From positions 12,090,001 to 12,154,000 of the forward strand of contig OZ249445.1 in assembly GCA_965235115.1 (NCBI GenBank): 64,000 nt of DNA. Direction: 5' to 3'. This document shows positions 1-12,900 of this stretch, one piece after another; within the stretch, counting starts at the first letter, position 1; each line of letters opens with the position of its first letter. The position numbers were made by a program, and so were the translations under genes. This DNA comes from Laetmonice hystrix (lineage: Eukaryota). The notes under the pieces were generated by a model. It saw only the letters and a list, made by a program, of their open reading frames with translations. It ran no database searches and was not told the DNA's origin.

Positions 1-1979
1 CTTTTGTTGACACGGGAAACAAAAAATGGTACCTACAACTGCTGCGAATTTTAGCACACATGAAGGTGGTCTGCCACTCCAAGGCCTGGGTGGGAGATGT
101 TCAGTTTCTTGACATGTTTAAAAAGGACAGCCATCAACCAACCCCAAAACACAACTAATATTTTAATCGTACCCAGTCTGTTTATAATACGTTGGCAAGC
201 TGATATTCTCGCCATCATTCACATTTTCTATACTTGCCCAAAACTTGAGAAAACATCATGCTTAGTTCTTGCAACTCAGTCCAAGTTGGTAATGTAAATC
301 CAGTTGGTTCAGTATGCCTTAAGATCCTTTGTGGACCTAAATTTAGCGCTTTGCAACAAACATTAATGGATTTCTCATCTTACACTTTTTAAAATCTTTT
401 TCATATGTTTTTGTACCCTGGTGTTTACAGTTAGTATAAGGAAGTCCGAGTTTCCTGCAATCAGCTCTCTCTCTCTCCCCCCCCCCCCCCCCCACCTCTT
501 CTGGCCAGCTGTACTGGTTCAACTCTCCTCCAATAGGTGTCCTCCAGTCCTCCAGGAAACCCTGGACACGGTCGGGTACCGTCAGCAGATGGTGCACCTG
601 GACATAAAAGTTGCTACAACCATAAGCTCTGATGACGGTAAAACGGTCCATGAATTCCTCAGAACACTGATGTGTGATTAATAATTCAAGATTCTTCGAT
701 CACTATTGACTGAGTGACCATTGATTTGTGGGTTCTGGGTGTCAACCATGGTCAACAGTGTCTGTGAAAATGAATATTACCTGAGACTTCAGGAGTAAAA
801 TGACTGTTTTTTGCATTTTTGATATAGGCTACCTGGTGAGGGAACTAGGCTGTACTAGGTGTACTAGGCTGGAGAAGAAATTTGATCAAAGCTCGGCTCA
901 TTCCATGGGGCATGTCCAATATCGTAAACCTTAATATAACAAGCAAGGAGCAAAAAAAGACTTCCTTTTCAATCTTAAAATTATTGCTGAAATGAATACA
1001 GTATTACTTTACAGTTTACCTCCTGAAATAACATGCTAGAACCATTTATAGAATATATACTCAAATATAATGCAATATACATATATTCAATATACAATAT
1101 ATTCAATATACATAAAAAAAATCTTAACACTAACAGATCTATAATCAGAATTCAAAAGCACAAAAGCTTTATTATATATTTGAAAACAATATATAACTGC
1201 ATAAACATGACACAACAAATAACTGCATAAACATGACACATTATCAATTGCCAAATAACCATGCCCTAATAATAAAGTCATAGTCATTTAAACCAACAGT
1301 GATCATCATAATAATCATGAGTCATGAGAAGTGAGAGACATATAATACCCCCCCCCCCCCTTGGATCCTTCCAGCCTTGAGCACCATTTGTTAGATTTCC
1401 CTGCCTGACTGCCACCTCTCCCAATACTGGATCCATCCTGATCCTTGCCCTTGGCCAACTAAATCTAAATACTATAGAGATATTCAGTAAACTGGGTAGA
1501 TGGCCTTGCTTTGCGTTAACTTATGAGTGTAAGCGATATCCTCTGTACTTGTATTGTCTTTGAGCACTGTCTGAACCAATGTTTTAGCAGACGTGCGCTG
1601 GATCCCAGAACTAGGCCACCGATAACATGACCGACTGACGACCAGCCCCCCACTGACTGTGTGTATGACGGCGGTCCTCGAGCGGTGGTGGCCGCCAGGC
1701 CCGGCGGGCGGCGTGCTGTCTCCGGCACCTCGCCACAGCCGCCACCCCCGACACCGCCAGCCAGGCACACACTGCCTGCTTCAGCTAGGCTCGCGCCTGT
1801 AAATGATGGGCAACCTCCAACAAACATAACCAAAACAAACACACGTTTTTCATTGTAGCATCTGATTCTTGATGAATAACCGGGTGAGACGGGTGTTTGC
1901 GAATACATTCTAGGATCTGGAAAAAGATGCTGGCGACAGATTCCGCCTCACATGACAAGCGAAAGCGAAACATCCTTAC

Positions 1980-2092
1980 CTCGCCAATGGTCCGAGCGGA
2001 CCTTTCAGCTTAGCCCGTTGTGTTAGTATTTTTTCAATCACAGATACATTGCCAGTCCTGGCAGCCTCGAGCAAATCTTGCTCCTTCCCCAT
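1980..2092 (-). CDS. ANKS1: First coding exon of an ANKS1A/ANKS1B-like (Odin/AIDA-1) ankyrin repeat and SAM domain protein; the gene continues off the left edge
   Basis: Translates MGKEQDLLEAARTGNVSVIEKILTQRAKLKGPLGPLA(R), matching the ANKS1 N-terminus MGK(E/D)QELLEAARTG(N/H). Ends in phase 2 at AG|GTAAGG (1980/1979). No exon 2 (the WRGPNVNC-like segment) was found in 1-1979. Confidence 0.9.
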
Positions 2093-2183
2093 CCTTATAT
2101 GTCTTATTATACTCCTTATCCTATGGTTTAGTCCAGGAAAATCACGGTGAACAGGAAGCCATGGCCTCACACGGCCATCATGA

Positions 2184-2291
2184 CCAATAATGAAGCATGT
2201 GCTGCCCCCTGGTGCTACTATGCAATGTTTCCTTTTGAGAGCACGGCGTTCATTGGTGGGTCTGGCGAAATGACGAAAATACTAACCAATA
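2184..2291 (-). promoter_or_regulatory. Proximal regulatory region of the ANKS1-like gene: three CCAAT boxes and a CTCF-like motif
   Basis: CCAAT/ATTGG at about 2185, 2252 and 2286. GCACCAGGGGGCAGC on the minus strand at 2201-2215 is 14/15 identical to the CTCF core CCACCAGGGGGCAGC. Confidence 0.5.
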
Positions 2292-3077
2292 GAAAAGGGC
2301 TTGGCATTCTGAGAAGGACTGAATAGTAAATCCATGGCGTTCATTGCACATTCTACTCAACAAGTGTGCGAGTTAACCTAACCTGAATAGAACCCTGAGT
2401 TGTTTGTATAGTTTGGTAGATTGATCCACTGTTCATAATAAACTGACCATGCATAGTCGACCCGGGGCCTATAAATAGACCTAGGCAATACAGATCTATA
2501 GGCTAGATAGAATTCGAAGATGAAGAAGAAGAAAAGTGGGCCTACTTTCTTTTCTCTCGTTTGGGCCCTATGCCTAAGTATGGGGCCTATTCTAAAAGGT
2601 CGTTGGTGGTCTATTTTGAACCCAGATCTCAAAGATTAACCACTGCTAAACATGCTTGGAAAAAAATCTATGTCATGGAAATCATAATGTTCAACCTTCT
2701 GAAGTTGGGGGACATCTACTATGATCTAGCCCAGTCTTTAGGAGGACGGTTAACAATTTCTACGTCTTCTGACAAACCTCTTTCAAAAGTGTAGGCCTAT
2801 ATAAAAACACACAACTTCACAAGTCAGTGTTGCGACACCATCTGATAGCCTATCTTTCGTGAAATAGGCCTAGGCTTTTTCTGAATTCTCCTTTTCAAGC
2901 AGGTCGGAAGCTGGAAGACTTTCTAACACTAATTAGGCCCAGATAGGGCCTATAGCTATACTGCTATAGAGTCTATACCCTACTATATAGGCCTATCGGC
3001 CTACAGTTTCAGTATTCCCCTTCCTCATGTTATAGTAGCCTACAACCATGTCGATTGTCAACAACTTTTCAAATACG

Positions 3078-3130
3078 CAGGGGCGTAGGAAGCCGGGGGC
3101 AGAGGGGGCTGCTGCCCCCCCCCCCCAATA
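3078..3130 (+). mobile_element. Short GC-rich remnant beginning CAGGGGCGTAGG with a poly-C tract (probable MITE end)
   Basis: caggggcgtaggaagccgggggcagagggggctgctgcccccc. A related GGCGTA-G-run-CAGCCCCC motif occurs at 4521. Confidence 0.3.
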
Positions 3131-4520
3131 TATATAAAATGACTGCAGGCTCAATGCAGAATCATATAGGCGTAGGTAGTAGGTAGTAGTAGTAGGCCTA
3201 GACTCTATATGCTATACTCAAATGAACTCAATGAAGTTTGCGTCTTTGTTCAATTCCATTCACTGATTCAGGCTGAGTCAAATAATAGGCCTATTCTTTC
3301 TCCCTGACTAGCCTACAACTTTTCCCCACGCCAGCAAGTTATGCCATACCCCTAACGTTAGCCTAGTACTAGTAGTACTAGGCCTAGGGCTAGGTCTAGG
3401 CCTAGCCCTAGAGTAGGTGTACCTACGTAGGGGCCTATGGGTAGGCCTACAGTAGGCCTACGGCTACAGCCTACAGGGTAGCTGTAGGCATACGTAGTCG
3501 TAGCGTCGTAGGCCCAACTGCCACTGCCCTGGTCGGCCAAGGACAAGGTAGGGGCCTAGGGCTATAGTACATGTATTATTAAGAACCCCAGCTAAATTCT
3601 AACGTTATAGTATTAACTAGGGGGAGGGGTCTTTGATTCTCTGGAGGACGCTGAGTTGTTTTGTATTTAACACCTCAACTCAAGTAGGCCTATATAAACT
3701 TTGTGATTGAGTTACCCGGTACGGCACGTCATCTACCCTGACCAAACGTGTCTTTTCCGGCGTTTGAACCGGCGTGGGCGTTGCCAGACTTATCCTACAC
3801 GTTTATGATTAGATAACACATTTACAGACGCAGTCACAGTGTTCTGAGTGTATACAACTGATTTTACTTAGAAATTAGATATCAGATATAAATGATCTTG
3901 CACAGCTGACAATAATATAATTATCTTTCATAATAAGGTACCGGTAGCCTACCCACCGAGGAGTTTCTTCCGTCAGGCAAGCATGTCCCTCCAGTGCCGT
4001 CGAGCCATGGCCGAGCTACTGCATGATGACGGGCACAACGACGTTACGCCACCTCGTGTTAATTTCAGCAACTATTCATGGAGATTTGCTGGGTCATATC
4101 AGTGGCGACATCTGGTGTTTTATTTTAAAAGTAAGTACTGATAGTTTCACTGATTTCCACCAGCTGGCGTATTGGTATTAGTCCGGGCCAGTCCGGGCCT
4201 CTTTGGCCTGGTCCTCAGGTCTATATTATTTGCTATGTGTTCAGCAGGGGACCTGCTACGCTGAGTCGGGGACATGCAGAGGACCACATGCACCCGCCAC
4301 CATTTTTGAATGCGCCAAATCGGGACCCGGGCTTAGACTAGTTAAAGATGTTGAAATAGGTGGCTAGAGTCTACAGTTTAGGCCTAAATATCGGGAATAC
4401 CGTGACGACGGTTTTAACATTGCACTTTCTGTAGGGGCTAGCAACATAGGCCTATGTCTGATTCATTTAAATTAGCTTGAAGTCTCGCGTTCACAGTGGT
4501 AATAACAGAAGCGTCTGACT

Positions 4521-4687
4521 GAGGCGTACGAGACGGGGGCGGCCGGGGGGGGGGGGGGGGGGGGCGGGCGCAGCCCCCGCCCCTAATTCGGTCAAAACAG
4601 TGGGGGAAATTCGGGCAAAGCAAAAAAGAAAAGAAATCGGACAGAAATTTCGGGCAAATCAACTTCTGCCCCGCCCCCCGCCCGCCT
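4521..4687 (+). mobile_element. GC-rich MITE-like remnant with poly-G and internal TTCGGGCAAA repeats
   Basis: gaggcgtacgagacgggggcggcc-(G)n-cgcagcccccgccc, then two copies of aaattcgggcaaa/aaatttcgggcaaa and a C-rich end. Confidence 0.3.
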
Positions 4688-5468
4688 ATCCAAAGGCCGC
4701 AAAGAGTCCCCCATCTATGCCGGAAGTGACCTGCTGGGGACCGTTTCACTAAACACTAGCCTTATAGGCTACCAGCGCGTATTTTCTGTAGATTCTAATA
4801 GCAAATCGTTTACGAGAAGGCCATGGCCTAGGCTATTTAGCTCGTTAGTTTTAAGTAGGTTTAAGTGAATTAAGCGAGTCCCAAACGCTATAGAAGGTCG
4901 TCATTAATTAGGCTACTAGGGCCTACCCATGAAGAGGTGCCTGCAAAACTCTCCCCCGGCGTACTGAGAGACTAGCCACAGATGGACTAGCTTACCTTAG
5001 GCCTACAGGGGTTCGGTGCCTGCCCTAAACTAAAGAACGAGACATTATAGGTTTGTTTAGCCCCCCCCCCCCAAAAAAAATCTCATTTCGCTTAGGCCTA
5101 GGCCTACTAAACGCTGTAGGCCTAGATAGGCCTAGCCTATAGGCCCTGCTGTACATAGGCCTAGACTCTATAGGCAGGCCTAGTCCAGAGATGACGGCCT
5201 ATATGTCAATAAAACCAAAACTCTTAGCCTAATCTTATAGGCCTAGGCTACCTGGGCTGTAGGCTGCTAATTATATAGAGGCGATTCTTTAATGGAAACG
5301 TAAGCACAGTGTTCATGCAGGCCCACACGGGTTGTAGGGCCGGACTTGGACTTGACAGGACGGAAGGGGTGGGGGTGGGGGTGGGGTGGGGGGTGGGGTT
5401 GGGGGTTGGGGGTGGGCTGAAAGACGGAAGGAGGGACTGGAGGATGCGGGAACGTAGACTCCGGCGAG

Positions 5469-5521
5469 CTGCGCCATCTTGTGATACTCGTTGACATTGA
5501 AAACGCCGCAGCGCCATCTTA
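5469..5521 (-). promoter_or_regulatory. Tandem YY1-like AAGATGGCGC motifs; candidate upstream promoter or first-exon start
   Basis: GCGCCATCTT at about 5471-5480 and 5511-5520 (AAGATGGCGC on the minus strand), in a CpG-rich patch next to a G-run array. Confidence 0.4.
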
Positions 5522-7014
5522 CGTTTCATATTGGTCTATTAGTTCCATAATTCGGCCCCAGGCGGCCTAACTGAAACGCTACCGTAGACTGAAAATGGTC
5601 ACCCTTTGCTTCATATTAGTTTACGTAGGCAAAATAAACGTCGTGACTTTATCTCGAGTCAAGAATCAGAAGGGAAACGGAAGAAATAAAAGCGTGGAAT
5701 ACATTTTTCCCCAGGCCAATATAAAGATGGGCGAAAAGTCAGGCACGCAATTTCAAACCTCTCTCAAACAGGGCTCTCCAATGTTGCGGCTGCTTGTTTG
5801 CAGCACATCTGTGTACTAGAACTATCAACCCAAGCCAATTTTGAAAGAAAGGTAGTGGGAGTAAGCGGCGGGGGTGTTGGGAAATAGATGTCTTAAGTAT
5901 AAATGGTGTTCAAATTAGGCTAACGTTCAATTTGATCAACTTTAACCCAAAAAGGTCGTCAAAACAGTACAAAAGCCCTGTCTTTGTTAAGCTGACTCAT
6001 TAGGTATGGGGGGGGGGGGGGAGATGACCAATGTCGGCCAGATTCTGGCAAAATATTTAACCAGCTTGTCCATAAAGGGCCGAGAAAGTATTAAAGGACA
6101 CGCTTAACTACCGAATACCATTTTATTTGAAGTAAAAAAATAATTTACATAGGCCTACAGAAAAATAGTAAAACAAAACGGGTCAGTGGCACCATGATTC
6201 CGACAACTCCATCAAATAAACAGAATATCAGATCATGTGGTAACTACAGACCCGGTCCGTGGATGACGGTCCTTCCAACTTGTAGCACTGTCAGTTGTTA
6301 ACCCGACACCATTTATCAACCGTACTCTATTATTATATAGAATCGGTGTAGGGCCTACAAGTAAACCACAAGATGCAAGACACCTCCTACCGAACTGTTA
6401 CAAATTACTGACTGGGGCAGGAAAGGAGGAAAGAATTTACAGATAGTGAAAGAAGATCCAACCCGTAGGCCTATAATATACCTGAACTATAAATCTCAAT
6501 GAATCTATATTGTGCAGGAAGTTAAGGACTGGGATAAACTGAGGTAAAAAAACCGCAATAACTTATATTCTATATTCTCATAACATGACCGTTTCACATC
6601 AGGACAAAAGGTTCGCCCTATGTCAGGAATAGCTAAATTATGATCGTTAAATAAATGGCCACATATTGAATAAACTAATTATTATGGGAGAGGTATACTG
6701 ATTAAATTTGTATTATTAAAGGTTTTGCATCAAACAGCGAAATCTGTTCAGTCCAGTTTTTACCTGCTCTGAGACACTGGAGTGTAGTCTTACTGAACGG
6801 TCCGAATACAACCTCTTCACCAAAATAATAAATAAAAATACAGCTAGGGCATACAGTTTCAAGATTATATCGTATCCACCGGGCAAATAAATAGAGGGTA
6901 AATTATGAAAGGTTGTCATTAAAAGATTCTAGTTAAGGGTGACGGTATAGAATGATCTCGGCCTGGACGTGGAGACGTCACCCGGGCCAAGGTTATAGAT
7001 CGACTGTGCGGCCT

Positions 7015-7020
7015 TTTATT
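7015..7020 (-). terminator. Candidate polyadenylation signal (AATAAA) of FUZ
   Basis: TTTATT on the plus strand, about 460 nt downstream of the FUZ stop codon. Other candidates exist further downstream (e.g. about 6122). Confidence 0.35.
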
Positions 7021-7476
7021 GGACAGCTCCTGCCCGTGTGATACAGACCACCTTACATCGAACTTACACCTCAATGACCAATTACTCTCATAGCTCTCCT
7101 CTTCTCACATTCAAACCATGAGATCTTACAGAAAAACCACCTTGCTGAACGTGAAAACAGCTCATGCCAATCTTGGTTTCCCGAACGCGCTCCTACTTGT
7201 GGCTCCAATTCAATTGCTGACATGACACATCTTCAAGTCCACAACGTTTCAACATGGCATACGCATAATGTAATGACCCACAGCAACAAAATGACGAAAC
7301 GGCGAATTTTTTGTTCGGTGTGATTTGCAGTGGAATTTTCCAGACGAGATCTCTGTTCGGTGCAGGAAGGTTGGCAAGTTTGGGGCCTGACTGATTTCAC
7401 GAGTTGGGCGGCGCTAGTGGGTGCTGCTACCTGGCGACGAATCCTGATGATCTGTCTACCGTGCTGCCCCCAGACG

Positions 7477-7534
7477 TCACAGATGAACGCTCTTGTCGTG
7501 AAGAAATGCCTGAAGAGTCTTTCCACACACCGGC
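7477..7534 (-). CDS. FUZ: FUZ terminal coding exon (exon 11)
   Basis: Acceptor ctgttacag|G. (R)PVCGKTLQAFLHDKSVHL* completes the phase-2 end of exon 10 and aligns with the FUZ C-terminus (LRSLATHTLHAL). Confidence 0.8.
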
Positions 7535-8164
7535 CTGTAACAGGGCGAGTGAGTGAAGGTTTTACCCCCTGTCGACAGTATTCCAGGGCGACAGGAGCCT
7601 ATTGTACCCCCGAGTGCGGGGGTGGGTGATGATGAGGATGAAGTGAGAAAGAAACCTGCCACCGGGAGGCAATCCCCTACTCTTTTCGAAAAGTCGCACA
7701 GACACGACTGGACATACCAAAGCCCTTGATGACCTAGTGGTGGAGCACTAGGGAGGGCCGGTGAGCAAAATGGTCCTGGAAGGATGGAAACCCATCTGTG
7801 CCCTCGCCCCATTTGTCGCCTTTGACGAACAGCCAGGGGGTGAGGGGTTGCAGTTTAAAGACGAATGACAGTTTAAAGGCACATCGGCAAATTCACAAAT
7901 TCTAAAAGGCCATTCCGGCAAATTTCAAATTTATTTCAAACCCCTTCCAACGACCGAAATTATAGCATTGGGAGAAAACCATTCAACTTGGTTCTGAATT
8001 TACAAAAATGACAAAACATAAAATAGCGATTTGAAAGAAATGCAAACAGTACGAAAACTAGGTGTATATTTTACTCAGAATGAATGCGATTAAAAAAATC
8101 GCCAGCGGATTTATGAAAAATTACAAACTTTCAAATAACCAATCAACTATAAGAGGGTGCCCAC

Positions 8165-8312
8165 CTCATGGCATACGTGGGTACAGAGTTGGCGAAGAGC
8201 ACGAGAAGCCAATGTACTCCCTGCCTGGTAGCATAACACTTGTGGGTGTCGGCAACCACGTACGTGTCCTGGGCCTCGTGGGAAAAACGGTCCTCTTGCT
8301 CCATAGGTGGCG
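8165..8312 (-). CDS. FUZ: FUZ exon 10
   Basis: Acceptor tctctctggcag|. (A)PPMEQEDRFSHEAQDTYVVADTHKCYATRQGVHWLLVLFANSVPTYAM(R). Donor AG|GTGGGC. Phases 1 and 2. Confidence 0.85.
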
Positions 8313-9840
8313 CTGCCAGAGAGAATGTACAAATTGTACTCGATATCAGAGGGAAACACATCAGAGACATGACATTCCAGGGGCTGTGAACTCAATGGTC
8401 ACCTACAGGACGGGGGGGGGGGGGGTTGTCTTAAACTGCCACATACAAACTTTTAAGTTTTCGTAGGACGTCTAAAAGCTACCGCCTAATTGGTGAAGAA
8501 TACATACAACACATAAACCTCTTACGGAAAGGGACATGACGAAATATACGAATGTGGATGACCAACAAAGTGAAGAGTAACTCACTGCAATTAAAAGTAA
8601 CAGTTTGTGCAGCTTCAGTAAACCGGATTAAAAAGGAAACTTTGTTATCGAAACCTGTACCGGAAACCTGGTCGCCATGCATCCAATTTCAATGGTAATG
8701 ATTTTCAAATAAACTGACTCAAATCAGCATGCCGTTAATGGGGGCCATGTAAAAAACTGAGAGTCCTGGATAAACTTGAAACAAAGTTATCCCTAAAACA
8801 CGCGCTTTCCATAAAGTTTCGCATATGACTAACAGTAAGCGGCACTACTGTATTCAAGTGTTATCTTTTGCTTTCAGACTACCTTCACACGCTTTCCAAA
8901 GAATACAACTGTAGCATCTATATGTACTGTATAAATTTAGAATAAACACTAGAATCCTTTCGATTCAAGCAAGCCAAATCTGGATGACTACTGTAACTCT
9001 GAAAACTGGAAATCTTTACCAACCGATAACATTTTCTCGTTTGAAATGCATAATAAGTACATAATAAGACTTTTACCCTAAGGCTAGCCTTACTTTCTTG
9101 TCCACCTACCCTTGAATTCACGACTACCATTACATATAATACTTCATCTAGTACAGGATCCTTTTCTCTCCGAAATAAATTTTACAAATCAGGAAACCCA
9201 CCTTGATAATGACAAACTTTCAGCTTTCAGAAGCTGAAAATCTAAATACCTCGTTTATCCTGGATTTACATAAATGAGAAAAATCACAGATCTTGAATGT
9301 TTTGGCCCTGTAGTTGCAATCCATCATTTTGGATGCCATGAATTGAACAAATATACAAAAAGCCAACGTGTGATTACTCGTGCCCACATCATTCGGCCGT
9401 TAGCAGTGACAGATCTATCCGGCACTGGGATCAGTTGGTGGGCATGGAGTTAATTTTGACAGACTGCCAGCCATATTCTCACGTCTAAAAAGAAGCTCAC
9501 TAAACTTGCAATTCTTCATTTCTCCTTACTTTTACCTACCCAAACTTGATGATTAAGACTGCCAATAACTGGAAACTCTGTCAATGTTCTGTTTCAAAGT
9601 AAGGGAATATTATTCAGGGTGCCCCCCTCCCTCCCTGCCAAAATGAACAAACCGATTTCTGACCGAACCTGTGGTTGGCCCTATGGTACCCCTGTCCACA
9701 GTGGTTTCGTGGCACTTCACCTGGGTCCGATCAGGGAGACCTATGGCTAGGTTCAACTTGACACTACCTACTACACCAACTCTGGCAGTATGACAAAGTT
9801 TGAGCCCGTGGCGCCCCAAGCGGCAGGAGGACGTACGTAC

Positions 9841-9957
9841 CGGTACCTGGGCGGTCGGTGTCGGAGTTCCCGGCGGCTAGTCTCCACACTTTGCCCGCCA
9901 CAGTCCGGTAGAAACAACACAATACCCGCCGTCTTTCTGTCACACTCAACGACTTCT
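9841..9957 (-). CDS. FUZ: FUZ exon 9
   Basis: Acceptor gtgttcacag|. (E)KSLSVTERRRVLCCFYRTVAGKVWRLAAGNSDTDRPGT matches EQRRRLLRNFYTLV. Donor G|GTACGT, with an alternative in-frame donor at 9847. Confidence 0.85.
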
Positions 9958-12900
9958 CTGTGAACACATACACACATAACACACGTCAGTATTCACTCGT
10001 ACCACACCTCACTGACAGGCTGGCGTGCATCTTTTAACATTTTAACATCAACATTAAGTAAAGGCAATACAAACATTTCATTGGTCTATACACTATTCCA
10101 GTGACCAAGAGCAACTCTAAATGCAGATGGCAGTTCAAACTATCGAGAAAAGTGCAGGTGGAACATAGAATACCATACGATACATACACACAAAATGCGA
10201 GTGGATATTGATTAGGAAAAAACCAGTACTCTGATGAAAACCGCCAGGTAACAAAAAAAGCATTTTGCAAGTTTTGAATATCTCCAGTACATATCTGATT
10301 TAATAAATACACATCTATAGTACGGTTCTCTCCCCGAATATTAAATCTAGATTTTGTAGCGATGACAAAAACACCTTGACCCAGCATCTCGTCTATTAAT
10401 GATTTCTATTATAGGCCTGTAGGTTAACAACATTGTACTGATATTACCGAGAATAACTCAATCTTCTGCACAGATTGCAGTGAATGAGTTTATCAGAGGT
10501 CGTTATAACCACAACATCCGACCTGATTAATTTTCATCTACTGACCATAGGACTGATATATACAACGTGACATGACACAACCTGTGAGCTAGATTGTTTG
10601 GGGACTGGATGGTGAATGTTTCAAATACTAGTAAACCAGATCTCAACCGATTATTCCTCTGTTACACTGGATACGGCAGAAACCTCCAAACCAAATAGCT
10701 TAATGGCTCATCTCCGTATATTCATACGATGTCATTTATTTGATTCGGAATATCCCATATTGCGAAGCAGCAGGAAGATTGTGATTTCTTTTATAAATAA
10801 AACAAAGATTTAGCTCCTGATCAGTGATGCACCCGGCTCAATGAAGAGATATTTTTGTAAAACATTTTGAACGGAGTGACAGTATCAGACCTGCCACAAT
10901 ATGTGAGCAAAGGTGGCGACAAAAATAGCACAGAAGTAAGCACGTTGTGTATCATGTAGAACTTTAGAGGTCTCTCAATCACGGAAAAAAAAGGCACCCG
11001 TCAATTAACTTCAGATTGAATTTCTGCTAATTTAATTTCAGCAGTTCCGTGAAAATGCTATAATGTATTATTTTCAGCCAGCGTTAACTTTTTGCCTGTA
11101 TTTGCGCTTGTGTTCCTGCAAGTGGTGTTTGCACCCTCTCCCCACCCACACACAGTGAACCTATAGTGAGACCAACGGACCGGGAACAGGTCAGCAGACA
11201 CTGACCAGTACCGACACCCATGTAATACGGGGTGTTAGATCACTAACCAGCACTCCTAGCCAGGGCAGTCGTATGCCATTGCTGCCAAGTCAAAATAAAG
11301 GCATAACGAGTTTAAGAAGACCATACTCTGATTAAAAACCTAACAATTCTTTACTGATAAATATTAAAAAAAAGGCTGTCAGTGAGGATAAGCTAGCTGA
11401 ACATGACCCAAACCACTTAACCGTATGAGCTGTAGACGTCATCGCATTCATTAGGCGGAAATAATTAAATGTGCCGGGGGGGGGGGGGGTTCTCCTTATA
11501 CGTGTATAGGGCAGGATGAGAAAACTGAAGTGGGCTCTCCCTGGCTGCCCTAAAAGCTGCATAAAATAGTTAAATTTACTTAGGGAGCCTCCATCGGTGT
11601 TTTTCAGGTTGTCAATCCTGAAAGATATCCGTGAGAAGTAAACGACCAGGTCTGACCAGCATGTTCCACCAACAGTACAAAGATTGAGTGAGCAAGCCGG
11701 TCTAATCACACCCAAGACGTACCCAGGCGTTCACAACCCTACACGTGGTCCACCTGGCCGTCTGCTGTCACCCTCCACAACCCCGCCCTCACATTCCCGC
11801 CATGCCTGCTCTCTTCATCATGTAGTAATTCAGTGGTAGGGCAAGTTTCTTACTTTGTATCTTACATAAGTATCGTCATTAAATACACCCATCTTATAAT
11901 CACTACCCGCTACTCCAGTCACATTTTCACAACCCTTTTGCTCCGTCCGATGCATGGCTATCTCCATCGAACTACCGGTAAATGTTACGCCTTCGGTGAC
12001 AGGTAGATAGACCTACCGGGTCGTGTAACCCACACTGTCTGACGGTAATACGGGCACTGTTAACAACAGCTGGCCATCACAGCTGGTCGGTCACACGCAG
12101 CTGCTGCTTTACTACACCCCTGACATCTGTACTACCGTGTGACCAGTGCCGTGTCAGACTGTGACCGCACAAATCTCCATCTGTTTTTCACTTCTATGGG
12201 AAACATTCAAAACCAGTCCTTTTCACGAAATCAGACATCTTGTTTATAGAACTTGAGGAGACACAATTTTCATTACTGTTCCTGTTCTCGGCATACTTGA
12301 TATACGTGTAGTGTAAAACGATGCCTTGGTTTTATATTAAAACAGTAATTATACACTTAATAGGTATCAATAGTCGAGATATGTCACCAAGTTTACACGG
12401 CAACCCTCCTTGAAGTGATTTTGAAAAGTTTTCTCTAGAACGCCCTTTTAATGACTAGAAAAAATACTTCTCAAGTTGCAGTATTGGTTTGAAGTATAAT
12501 ACCAATCTAGATCTGAAACAGAGCACCACAGGTTGATAACGAAAAATAACGAAAAGTATGGGAGAGAAATATAGCTCCGATATCATGTCTCTTGGAGTGG
12601 CATGAATTCACATTTCGGAAACCATAGTGTACCCTTTCTTTGAGACAAATTCAGCATATAACTCACATGGACATACAAGTAACCATATAGTGCTCATTTT
12701 TTAGGTAAATTATTTAGACTATTCGGGTCATGCGAGGAATCAAACACATCTAATAAACTAGCCACTGCAGCTTGTGGCCTACGCCTCCCCCCCCCCCCCC
12801 CCTGTCTCTTGTTTCAGGCGTGGTGATTGGCGGCGGGTGCCTGGTTTGTATGTAACGTGTCCTGGACGTGGTCTCACAGGGCGAGTTACCACTCCCGGCC

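Larger units (their letters stand above)
2791..6475. repeat. Cluster of TAGGCCTA palindromes in low-complexity TAG/CTA/GCC sequence
   Basis: About 21 exact TAGGCCTA copies counted by eye in 3.7 kb, versus 2 noticed in the rest of the window. 3360-3415 consists almost entirely of short palindromes. Confidence 0.75.

Noticed and set aside
628-675. CTGATGA core suggesting a hammerhead ribozyme or C/D snoRNA (similar words at about 35062 and 37288)
   Set aside because: There is no stem II closed by GAAA and no stem III. The C-to-D box distance is only about 40 nt with no terminal stem.
421-681. Plus-strand ORF ending ...HEFLRTLMCD as a terminal exon
   Set aside because: No recognisable homology and no linked upstream exon; it lies antisense within ANKS1 intron 1.
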